Shown here one piece after another: positions 42,301 to 55,754 of a stretch of 64,000 bases of DNA. This DNA comes from Octopus bimaculoides (Eukaryota), in NCBI RefSeq assembly GCF_001194135.2, contig NC_068985.1:93042341-93106340 (forward strand). Reading direction: 5' to 3'. Each line of letters begins with the position of its first letter. The first letter of the stretch is position 1. The notes under the pieces were generated by a model. That model was given only the letters and a program-made list of their open reading frames with translations. It searched no databases and was not told the DNA's origin. Position numbers and translations under genes: made by a program.

Positions 42301-45300
42301 TCTAGAATCCAATAAAGTTGGGAGGAAGAACCAGTGAGGCTTGCAATAAGGTTAAAATCCAGCTGAAAATATTATGCCTCGATGCTATTGACACAACACT
42401 CACTCACCCAAACTTAGACCAGACTTTAGTAACACACCATTATAAGCACACATGCTCAATCAATAACCTTGGTGTGGTTCCTCTTTCGTTTTCCGAGGTG
42501 TTATGACTCATTTTCTAATATTCCTCATTACCATCATAACGATAATGGGCTATTATCTTACTATCTTGTCTTAAAGATACTAACTTTGGTATATTAAAAC
42601 ACAAACAATACCTTTGGGTGGGGGTCTCTGTATGTATTTTTCTAGGTATCATGGCTAAAATATTCAATGGAATACACCGTCTTGTAGTACCAGTATATTC
42701 TACCAGGTGAGAAAGATGCAGTCATTGTTTCACCTTTCAGATGGATACATAAATAACTAATTTTACATAGGTGAAATGATTAGAAGAGGTCTTCGGGATC
42801 CTTTTAAGACCAAAACCACCTTCCTAACTTCATTCCTTGCCAAGATGTCGCATTGTGAAAGTCATGAAACTTTGCATTTTTATTGATTTTTAAGTTGGGG
42901 TGCTTACGACTGTCTGTTACTAAATGCCTCATACTCAAGACCAAACATGCTTGTATCAGTCATACCTTGCTCATATTCCTTACTTGCATACAGAATTGTG
43001 TTCAAGTAAGAAATGTTCCAGTAGCTTATGTGGGTCTGGTATTAAGTTAAAGCAAAATTTAAAGTAAACTAAGAAGTCAGGATTATTCTGCATTTAGTAT
43101 ATAGGCTACATGTTTAATTATGTCGGTAAAACTCATACATGGTAATGGTTCCCACACATTTACATGGCAGAAATACACACATGTATGTGTATTCATCCAT
43201 GAAATACACTATACACACCCCTGTAACACTTGCTGTTATGCTTCTTTACTCATTTAATCTCATATACATCCTCAGGCGACATGTGCACTTTGATACACAT
43301 CTCTCTTTCTTTCTCTTTCTCTCTCACATACACAGTCTTTCAAACAGTTTTATTGTTTGTTTTACATCTATGCTTCCCTGTTGCTTACTCTTTCTCACCA
43401 TCCAAGATAAACATGCAAAAAAAATAAGCTACATTCCTCTAATTAAGCAACTCACTTTCTTCTGTCCTTAATAATTCTTAGTCTTCTTGCTTAAAATTGT
43501 TTCTAATTAACTTTGAAATATCTTTTGATTATTGAGCTGTGCAGACAATTAGAATTTTCCCTGCTGCTTTGGCTACCAGTCACTTTAATATTTCATGAAA
43601 TAAGATAAAGCTAAATAACAAAACAAAAAAAAAAGCTGTTTTCATATTTTTTCTAGTTTTACAAATAAAAGATTAACTCCTTACACAATTTAATTTTATT
43701 TTATAAATGCATATTTCACACCAACTAGCTACACTGATGTCATTTTCAGTCAGGTGTCATGTTACAAATTAGATGTTATCAGTTAAATGAAGTTAGTAAG
43801 CTCATAAAACTACATTTACTCTCATTAGGATGTGTCAAAAACTCAATATCTTCAGAATTTTAAATACAAATGTTGTTGCATCAGGTTCATTTATTTTGTT
43901 GTTGTTTTTTTCTGTTCTTTTTTTTTAAATAATTCCTTGTTGGTATACTGTGTGGGTGAAGGTGATCTCATGCAAGATGGTAAAAATTCATCAGTTGAAA
44001 CAAAATAAATTATAAAACATATGAAATAAATTATAACATGTATGAACTACAAAAAAAAAAAAAGTAGCAATGAAATTTTATTTGAATTTAGTATAAATTT
44101 TATTATTCATATTGATTTCTTTCTTTTTATTTTAATAGTCCTTGAATTTTTTCCTATGTATCAGTAAATTTTCATAATTCCTTCTTGAGAGTAAGAATAC
44201 AAAAACCTTCATATCCAAAGTATAAATGAGAAACCAAAAATGTAACCTGAAAATGTATTTCATTTACCAGGTCATAATTCAACTTAATACCTTCAAAAGT
44301 CAATTTTGTTTTTATTGGTATCCATTTTTATAAAGAAATAAGTATATATTTATATTTTCCTTTCCAAATTAACCCAATCAGAGTAAAAATAGCAAATATC
44401 AGTTGATTATTGCTACAAAAAATCTTTATTAAACATGTCTCCTATTTATACTGTTGGTGGTAGATTTTGTATTCTTACAATCGTTCATCTTGTATTAACC
44501 ATCAGACTTCTTTTGCTACTGCTAATTAATGTGTAGAGTTTCTGAGGAGTGGGTTTAAGTTCATCAGTGTACATATATATGCATGAGAGAATCTTTAGTA
44601 CAGTTATGCTGTACCATTGTAGGACACCTTGAGTGGTATGCCCTTCACAGCTCCAACCATAGTGGAACAAATGAGACGATACCTAGACAACGAGGTAATT
44701 ATAGATACGTGCCAACCTTATATCAGCTGGTTGAAAGAAACTTTACCCCAGTGCAGCCTGTAGAGAGCTGTTTGTATGTTGTTTTTTTTTTCTGTATTAT
44801 TAATTTTATTACAATTGTCTCTCTTTGATTTTGTATTTCAATACAAAACTAAAATAAATTTCGTTTTCCACCATCTTTTTATTAAAGTATTGACAACTGA
44901 AATTTCTCCATCCAAATTTGTCACTTTTCATTTAATTTTATTTCTATTAATTTGATGTAAAGCCAAGTAAAAATATTTAAATATAGTAAATAAGGTTAGA
45001 TGGTAACTTAATATCAACTTTTAGCATTTAGCTGACCAACATGTTTTGACAACGCACAGTTTGACTGATTATACTGTTCTAGCATTCCTAAGAGTCTATA
45101 ATTCCAGATATTACATTTCGACTTTCTAGCAATGTATCATTAAAAACAATATTTCCAGTGTTGTTTTACCTGACATTTGCCATTTTCTGCTTATATGAAT
45201 TATATCTAAACATAGATAATACTCTCGTGTGTTTCTATAAACCCTTATTCAGTTTGTGAAACTTGAAGTGTGTCTAAAATTCAAAGCAGATATGTTAATT

Positions 45301-48300
45301 ATAAAATAGATGTATTATTAGACTTTCATGTGTTGACAATTTAATTTATTAATCAAATTATTATTGTTCTTCTTCTTTTCCTAAGTTAATTCTTTAGCAT
45401 TACTTACGTGTCTTTGAAATTATTGCTTAAACTTATGCCTGTCAGGTTCTATATCCTCCTTTTAACACTTTCTGTTATGGTATCTTTTTGTCTTTCACAG
45501 AAATGAGATAGATAAATTATTGAGTGCAAACGCTAGCTTTAGAAATTATAGTTACAGATATTCAAACAAACAATGCGTATGTGAAGTATTTGTAGTCATC
45601 ATAATAGTACTAGGCATTAAAGTGGGGTGAGTGGTTGTGCTTCTGATATTTATGGAGCCTTCTTTCACACTCGTGTATAAAGTATAAGGTGTATGACACA
45701 TGCAAGCCTGATGAAATGGATGTAGAATGAAATGAATGCTATATACAGGTTTTGTGTATGTGCACACATATGTACATCTGCAATCTGCATGTCTTTGAAT
45801 GTATCTCCTGTAAATAATATATTTGTTTTAGGCATAGGAGTGGCTGTGTGGTAAGTAGCTTGCTTACGAACCACATGGTTCCGGGTTCAGTCCCACTGCA
45901 TGACACCTTGGGCAAGTGTCTTCTACTATAGCCTCGGGCCGACCAAAGCTTGTGAGTGGATTTGGTAGATGGAAACTGAAAGAAGCCCGTCATATGTATG
46001 TGTGTGTGTGTGTGTGTGTGTGTTTGTCCCCCAACATCGCTTGACAACCAATGCTGGTGTGTTTACGTTCCCTGTAACTTAGTGGTTCGGCAAAAGAGAC
46101 CGATAGAGTAAGTACAAGGCTTACAAAGAATAAGTCCTGGGGTTGATTTGCTCGACTAAAGGCGGTGCTCCAGCATGGCCCCACAGTCAAATGACTGAAA
46201 CAAGTAAAAGAATAAAAGAGTTTAATGCTGGTCTTTTAACTGGTGAAGTCTAAGTAAAGAATTGCAACAACAACACCATCCAACTGTAAAAAACTGTTTC
46301 AATAAGTCTTTGTCCTCTCCATCCATGCCACCATGGAAAAGCAGAAGTAAAATCAGTTACACACACACACACACACGGAAGCACACCATGTTCATACACA
46401 TGCACAAAATGCTATATTCTCAATATACTTTATGTTTGCATTATATAAAACATGTATATTCTCTAAATTTAACTTTGTATGAGGGATGTTTCATAGCCAT
46501 TTATTTGTTTCATTTGCAACTGTACATTTCTGAGCTCCTTCAACATTTCTAAACTTCCCCAGTCTTATTTTCTGTGAAAAACATTTTAGATGCATTTGTT
46601 GTTATTTCATTGGGCTGTTTTTCTTTTTTTTTAGATGAATATTATAAGAATTATGTCTGTTTTTCATTTGTTATCACCTTACTCCATATTATTTTTATTT
46701 ATTTACATTAGACATCAGGTTATTTTCAGTAAATCAGAAGATAATGTAGCTGTAGTGTCTGGTTAGTTTGTTGCTCAAGTATGCTATCTGTTGGTGGAAG
46801 TCTTTTGTTAAATATTATTTTTTATTTTCTAGCTTCCATGAGCAATTTTCTCCTTCTATTGGGAGTTTTATATAAATAGAGTTGTGTTGTTAACTCACGT
46901 TTCTAGTTAGTTTACTTTTCTCTTCTGTATTCTTATGTTTTATAATGGCTCCTTGTTCTAGATGCATGGTGTGCTGACAAAAAAGTGAGGTACCCATATG
47001 AATAATGTAACTGATTATGAAGTCTAGAAATTTCATACTTGCCTATAAATCTTTAAATTACATTAGTCATATGAAATTTATTCAGCAGTTGGTAGATTTG
47101 TAGTTGAAGAGATTTTTAAACTTGGATTTTTTTTAAATTTTATTATTTACAATTATTTTTTTTTCTTTTGGACATAATATGACCAGTAGTTTTTGACAGA
47201 ATATAATACTTACAACCTTCTGTTTGATGAGTTCCTGATAACAGCTTCATGTATTATGTAACCAAGATGTTTTCGGTTCATGTAATACATATATGTTGGT
47301 TTGGTTTTTTACTTAGTCTCTAATTAATGTATTCAATTGGTTTCTACTTTCTGTAGAGAATGGTCTATAATAAATTTGCTTTGTATATCTGTCACTGACT
47401 GGCATTTTTGTTTCACTCACTTAGCTTTTTCCTTTTCTTTTTTTCTTGGTTTTGTAGTTTCTCTTTGTACAATAGAATCAAAAGTGCCTTATGAGTTGGT
47501 AGTTTATTGATAATATTGTTTTTGAATTTCTCGTTTTTCATCCATGTGGGCAGCATACACACAAACACATGCGTCTATTTGTTGGTTTTGTAGTATAAAA
47601 GCTTATGAGAGTTTGGCACCCCCATGCATCCAGAGCGTGGCAACCTTATTGCATATCTAACATGTGGATGTGACATAGCTTTATATGCTTGTCATCATCT
47701 TCATCATCATTTTTTTAGTGTCCCCTTTTCTATGTTTTCATGGGTCAGACAGAGCTTATTGAAGCAGACTTTTTTTTTACAGCTTGGTGCCCTTCTTATT
47801 GTCAGCCTTCACTTGGTTTCCAAGTAAGGTTCCCCATGGCCAGACATGTTTCCATAGAATATTGGATAGGAATGGTACTGCTTGTATAACAGTAACACCC
47901 ACTTATAACTATCACAGAATGTTAAGATGTTGGAGATAAAAACATAGTCACACCTGTGTGCACACACACCCACACACAAATATATGACAAACTTTTGGAT
48001 GGAAGTTCATAAACCCATTACTCTATTACTATGTACGTTTCCACATTGGAGTTAAATCAAACACTCAATGCTCCACCCTCACAGAGCATGTACACTGAAT
48101 TCAGAACAAAGAAATTCATGACCATTCTCTTTTACTTCTCTTATATTACTGATTCTACTCTCTCTTTTCCTCTTCCTATCCACACACGCCCACTTGCACT
48201 GATCTAAATACAAAGTGAATCACTACATACATCCACCCTCCCATTTTGTTTATGTATATATGTAATAGGCTTAGAATTATTTACTAGCCTGTATGGTCTG

Positions 48301-48536
48301 GCTAAGTCAAAATGTTTTTTTGTACTCTTCCTTTCTACTTGGTGAGTCTAAATGTATTTATAAAAATATGTCCTTCTGTTGAAATGTAATTTCAGTAAAT
48401 TTCTATATCTTTGTGCAGCTGAAGATTGCTGTGCATTTTACATTTAATGTTGTGTTCACATTGCTTAATGAAATGGAGTCGCATGAAATGATCATACTGC
48501 ATTACCTCTGGATATCCTTGTTGCTTATTTTGACTT

Positions 48537-48568
<32 letters not shown>

Positions 48569-49165
48569 GGCACTCCGTCGCTTATAACGTCGAGGGTTCC
48601 AGTTGATTCGATCAACGGAACAGCCTGCTCATGAAATTAACGTGCAAGTGGCTGAGCAATCCACAGACACGTGTACCCTTAATGTAGTTATTGGGGATAT
48701 TCAGCGTGACACAATGTGACAAGGCTGGCCCTTTGAAATACAGGTACAACAGGAAGAAAGAGTGAGAGAAAGTTGTGGTGGAAGAGTACAGCAGAGTTTG
48801 CCACCATCCCCTGCCGGAGCCTTGTGGAGCTTTAGGTGTTTTCCCGGTCTGGGAATCAAAACCGTGATCCTATGACCACGAGTCTGCTGCCCTAACCACT
48901 GGGCCATTGCACCTCCACTAAATATATATATATATATATATATATATACTTTTCTACTCTAGGCACAAGGCCCAAAATTTTTGGGGAAGGGGACAGTTGA
49001 TTAGATCAAGCCCAGTACACAACTGGTACTTAATTTATCAACCCCGAAAGGATGTAAGGCAAAGTCAACTACAGTGGAATTTGACCTGAGAACATACAGA
49101 CAGACAAAATACCACTAAGCATTTTGCCCGGCGTGCTAACGTTTCTGCCAACTTGCCTTATATAA

Positions 49166-49202
<37 letters not shown>

Positions 49203-52200
49203 CATACATACACACTTGTGCTATATGTATATACATATGCATATCCCCCACCCCACCTGCCATAACCCATGCCAGCACCAGCATGGAAAACAGACATTAA
49301 ACTATGATGATAATGATGATATATAAACACTCACACATTGATTTGTATTTCATACCATTCATTTTACTTGATTGGTCTCTGCCATTCCTTTAACGCTTGA
49401 TAATTGTATAATTTTCTTTTTCTCTAAAGTAGTTTAAGATATATGATGTGAAGTTTCATATCTCCTTTACTTCCTCTCTGTTGAGTATTTCATTGAAGTA
49501 GATATTTTCTCTGAAAAAGTCTAAAGTAAAATGTCCTACATCTGACTTGTTGCTAAATACCATCTGTTGTTACTAGAACACTATCGTTATATAGTAGTGG
49601 GGTAAGAGACCTTTCTATTCCCATATTTATAGTTGATTGTAAACTAAGTTGTCTTGAACATTATTATAAATTTTTTAGATTCTTTCAATTTTTCTCTCTC
49701 TGCCTTCATGTTTAACTTACCTTATGACATTTCTGAGTAATAATGATAAATATTGCCATTTAGATTTTTATTCTTAAAACATATTATTTTAAATTTAAGT
49801 TGGATTAAACTTTTGATTCCTGTGTCAGCCAGACTCAATAATTCATAGTTTGTTAAACAATTTTTTTTTATATTCTTCGAACGTTTTTATTTCTTTTGTA
49901 ACACAGACAGTAAAAGATATATAACTTCAGTTACATACATAAAAAATTCTAACATACACACACACATACAAATAAATACATGCACACACATTTGCTCATA
50001 TTTGCTCATACCTAGGAAATGAAATTTACCTCAAAAATAAAAGTAATTTTGTGTCATTCTGAATACTTATAATGGCTTCATATTTGCAGCTATTTTGAGA
50101 ATATATTAGGCCAATCCTTGTAAGAGAGTTTACTTGTCTAATTTTACTTATTAAAATGCAGTACTAGTTCCATTAGTAATATGATTAATTAAAACCAAAA
50201 TTATGATCATAAGTCAATGTTAGTAACTTTTTCTTTTATTGGTTTTAATCTCTCGAGGATGTGGTTGTGCACTTGGTTTTTGGCTGGCCTCCTTTAACTG
50301 GTATAATTGATGCTATTAATGTTCCTCTTGAACTGATGAAAATCGGTGGCTGCAGATAAACATGTGCAGGAAAGAATTCCAGAGAGGCAACTCCTTTCTA
50401 GGGCTGAAAGATTTGGTATGTGGGGTTTGCCTGATGGATTCATGAAAGTGAATCAGAAATGCTTTTGTGAAGATAGCATCAGAACATCCAATTTTGATAT
50501 GTAAAAGCTGCTGTAGTCACAGAAGAAAAGCCAGGCAGAGGAAACGGCGGCATGTCTGTGAGCTATTGTTGGAGTGTGTTGGGGAATGACTTCATGTCAA
50601 TCAGTCAGTTGGCCTTTCCTTGGATGCCATTAAGGATATCTATGTGTAAGTGTGTGTATTTATAAAGTACCGCCATCCCAGATTGAGAGCTGCCCTCTAT
50701 TGTGGGTATCATCTGAGCTTTGTAAAGGATAGATGGATGATGAGATCTCAAGTGTTTCCTAGCTCTGAGGCAGAAGATCAGTCTTTGTAATGTAGTCTTT
50801 ACTATGTTGACGATGGGCATATGCTAGGAGGGATCTTCAGTGAAGGTCATGCTAAGCTTTTGAAGAGATTTTGAAGCTTCTAGCTTTGTGATGTTTCTGT
50901 TATTTTTTATGGTGAGAGGACCACAATTATGTCTTATTGTGTAATCGTAGTGTTTTTTTCATGTTCATGGAGACTAGATTAACAACACCACTGGAGAATG
51001 TTGAGGAGGTCAGCGCCAAGTTTTTGAAGACTTAGTCATCATTGTTTTAAAAATACTTTATTCAGCTCTTAGTAGCGAGGAGACATCTTAGATTTTTGAA
51101 ATGCATAAATTTGTCTGTGCTTATGAGATAGTGTGTTATCTCTTCAATTAGATAATGTAATAATTGTCGGAAGATATAGTAGTGAACTTCAAACGGTTAA
51201 GCTAGAAGATTTGAGGCTACTTTGAGTAAAATATAATTAATATTTATACAGAAAGTATATAATGTAATGACCCAATAATAGAAATAAATGTTGAAGGCTT
51301 GAAATTTATATTATTTTGTTTTGGGTAGTATAGCCCTGAGTAAAATTGGATATTTTTCAATGAGAAAATAAATATCATGAGACTAAAGTGGATAATAGAC
51401 TATCATGAAACAGTTGTAGGTATTCTTAATTTTAAATTATATATTTAGACTCAAGGTGGCTGCATGCAATGGAAAATATTTCATGGTTAATAGAAATTAC
51501 TTATCTGGTTTCTGTAATGCAATAAACAAAGATTAAATTAAACAGATGCAAGTGTATAATTGAAATCACAATTTATGTTCCAATGTAAAATGGAGATGAG
51601 AAATAAACTGAATATTGACATATTGTTGTTTGACCCTAGGTTAGCAATGATTGAACAAAATGGTTGAAGCATTTCAGCTTTGACCATCTTGGGTTGTTTT
51701 TTTTTTTTTTCTTGTTCAAAGTGTGTTTAGGATCTTTGTCTTTTCATTTTTTTTTTCAAGTGGGATTTTATTTGAGGAAGATTTGGTTGCTATTTCTAAC
51801 AGGCCAAACAACCATGTAGAAGCTCCTTCATAGGCTTGAGGCAAGTCATACTCTACGCAAACATTGCAAGTTTTCTGTAATTAACGAAGCTGACAAAGAG
51901 AATGTTCCACTGTAGATATATGAAAGAAATATTGTGAAATTAAGAATCATTAATTAACTCAGTTCTAAAAGCTAAAATTCTACCGTATCTCTAGATCGAG
52001 CAAATTTATAAATTTAGTAAACTCATACACCTAGCAAACTGGTTGGGTTGTGGGATGTGTTGCATTGTGGTATTTGTTCTGGCTTTCTGCACTCTGAGAT
52101 CAAATCCTGCCATGGCCAACTTTGTCTTTTATCCTTTCAGGAATCATAGAATAAAGTACCAGTACTTTGTGGTATTTGTACCTCCTCTTTGCAATCTGTG

Positions 52201-55200
52201 TTCTTGGGTGGTAAACTCATTTTGTCACCTGGTTAACATTGTCACCTAGTTTTTAGGTGACTTTAAACAGAATTCCAGGTGTCTGCTTTGGACATATAGC
52301 AAATTATGGTGCTTTAAACAAATCTGTAAAAGAGGCCAGATGCCCTAAAGCGAAAAGAGAGACTTTTGACTTGTTTATTATTGGCATAAAGTTCCTATGA
52401 AATTGCTTTAAAGATTTGATAGCCATAAATTTAACCAAACATATGGTAGCAGGTGGATGACAAATTTCAGTTGAGCCTCAGGGAAAATTCCTTATGGTAT
52501 TTTATTATGTTCTGACCTTAAATCTGATTCATTTTACAGAACTTGTTGGAGGTGAGCAAAATAATTACCAGTTATTAAAATTATTTTTGAGATTAATGTT
52601 ATTAACTGCACTTTAGAAGATAGTGCTCTAGTATGGCCACAGTGCAATGATTGAACCATGTAAAAGAATGTTTGCTCTAAATGCTAATAATACATGGGCC
52701 CATGCGAATTCACATGCAAGCCCCACCTACCCATACATGCAACCATATATTCAAAGAAATGTGTATTGCTTCAGTTTCACTTGAAAATAAGGTGGATTTA
52801 TGTGATGAAAGCACTTTTTAGAAGTGTTTGAATTAAACTTGCCTATCACAATCACCTTCACCTTTGACTTATTATAAATTGACAAGCCCTTTGTAAATTA
52901 TGGTTTTAATATCCTTATATTTTCATTTATTTTATAATCAATAAATGATTTTATACAATGTAACACTTTGTTCTATTATACATGGTCTGAATAGACTGCC
53001 TTCCAGAGAAGATTCATTATAAATTCTGAAGTAAATTTCAAATACTGATCTGCATTGTTAATCTTTGGCTATTTCCTTTCTCTTGAGTTCTAAAGTAAAC
53101 CACTGTATCAAATTTGATTAAATCTAGCAAAGCTGATTTCATTTCATTTTTAATTTTATGCACTTTATAAATATTAAATAAAAATAAACAATATTTATAC
53201 TGATTGAAAATAAAATCTTCTTGTTCCCAGAGTAATTTTTTATATAAGGTTTGCAAGTTCCATATTGTCAATCTCCACGAATCCTATAAGATTATAAAAT
53301 TAATTGCCTATATGAAAATAAACTAAAGTTTTATTTGTTTAAAAAATGACTTCCTGATATTCCCCTAAGAATACTTTTTGTGAATGTAAAATTTCTCTTA
53401 AAATTCTAGTTGTGAAGAAAATCCTTTTACAGCGACTTCTGTTAGCAAGTCAATATTTCATTTGCATGTTCATAGAGATTGTGTTAATTTTTATTTATTA
53501 AATAAATCACCTTGTCAAAAACAGTTTAATTCTGAAAACTTGGCAGCTATAGTCATATGTTATTCATTTCTAGACAAGCAGAATTGAATATGATCAGCCG
53601 GTAGTGGTTTTAAATATCATCTTCCCCACCCACCCTCTTTCTTATTTTGCTTCTTTTAATACCATCCATGATGGCCATTTGTTTGGAATGTATTGTATTG
53701 AGAACAACATATCTGTTTTGCACATATCTTCATAGTCATAAACGTAGGGCATTTGTTTGTCTTAGACTTTTATTACTAACTATTTGGATAATATTTATAT
53801 TTAATTTATAATCATTTTATTATCTCTTGGAATTACTTTAGTGTGGACCAATCATTCATATTTTCTGCTTCTGAAATTTTAGTACAGAATTAATAAAGAT
53901 AACTTTTAGAAAGTTTATCGAAATTCTGATGTGTTTAGTTGAACATATGTTGGCCATATACAAATTGGAAGAAAAATGAGATTTTATCCATGAAGGGAAA
54001 ATGTGCAGTGGTCCATGTCTTCAGTAAGGAAAACAATGAGAAGCTGTCAGAGAATACATGAAAATAATATCCTCAAATGTAGAATTGCATTTGTGTTATA
54101 TGATATTGGCTGTGCTCTGATGCAAAAATCTGACTGGTCAGTGTAATATTCTAATCAGTTAAGCAGTCTATATCTGCAACTGTCAAAGTTACTGAAGTAA
54201 GTTGATGGGGGCCTTGGATACTTTTCTTCTTGTGCAATCTATGACCACTGCTCTAGACTATGTTGTAATTGGAGATTTTTCTGATGTATTTGAAAGATAC
54301 ATAACAAATAAGTGTTGGTTATATATGGCTGTGCTAAAGAAGCCTAGCATTATTGATGTACTACAAGAGATTCTTTAGTTGGTAGATGTCAAAACACATT
54401 TATTTATTTCAGTGAAGAAGCCATTTTGTCAATTTGTTAGAAGCAACTAAGTAATGAACAAAGAAGTTTTGCTAAAATTTGAATTGCAGCAGACTACAAC
54501 AATAGAATAATTCTTCATTCCTCATTACTGTAATGTTTGATTAACCTTGCCATCCTACACTTGTAAACATGATCAAATGAGTAGTTTTAAAGATCAAAAG
54601 TAAATGTGACATCAGGCAATAGGATAAATAAGACTGAAGATCAGAACAGCTTTGACCCAAATCATTTCATTAATGAAATTAGTTTTTAGAATAGCTGAGT
54701 AATACTCATGACATCTTACTTCAAAGCCAAAGGGCAGACATAAGAATCTTTGCATTTTCTTCATCTGAATGAAAAATCTCAAGAAACTGACTGAGAAAGA
54801 TTTTGTCTCTTCCCATTTAATATACTTATCATAAAGCACACTTCCTGTAAAATAACATAATAGCAAATATAACTGTGGTAAATAGTGAAAGTTAATGGAA
54901 AATTTAGAGAATTACTAAATTATATTTCAGTTGTAGTTCCATGTGGTTACAAATAATGAATGTTAAGTAGTATACTTGACATCAGACTTCTATTTATAAA
55001 CAATAAGATATAATCTTCTACTTTAATATCTACATTTTTCACAGAACAAACATTTCTTGTATAAACCACGAAAATATTAAAACTTCATTTATTCTCAGTA
55101 CTAATATAATTCACCAGTAAACTATTACTACTGGACTAACTGTATGTCGATTCTGTATGTGAACCACCCTTTAAAAAGATAAATGTTGAACTTAACCATT

Positions 55201-55712
55201 TAGTTAACAGCTACAGTGACATTGAAGAAGATTCAGTGCTAAAAGATACGACAATATATCAGTCCCAGACAAATGTGGCATTTATCTGTGTAATTGAGAC
55301 TCGGTTCCTCAAGAATTTGTCAGACACAATATTTTGTCCTTTTGCTTCACTTCAAAGCTAATGCAGGAGCCTCTACAGTGTCACTCAACTTGCTAGAAAT
55401 GACAGTCAAATCTCTATCAAATCACATCCTTCTGTCTTCAAAGAAGAAAAACACATTCAACAATGTATCTCCTAATATATAAAAAGATGAGATGGTGATA
55501 GCTGGAACATTTTTGATCACAGATTTACTTAATCAATGCTAACCTGGGGCTAGACAACAGAACTGAAAGCCTCAAGTGTCTTCTGTAGGTGTACTTATAA
55601 GATAGAACCTTGCTAATATGGGCTTAGTATGTTTCAATTATATAATTATCACATGTGGGTAGGGTTCGCACTTTTCACTTGCACTTTTTACAAGTCTACA
55701 CACACACGCACA

Positions 55713-55754
<42 letters not shown>

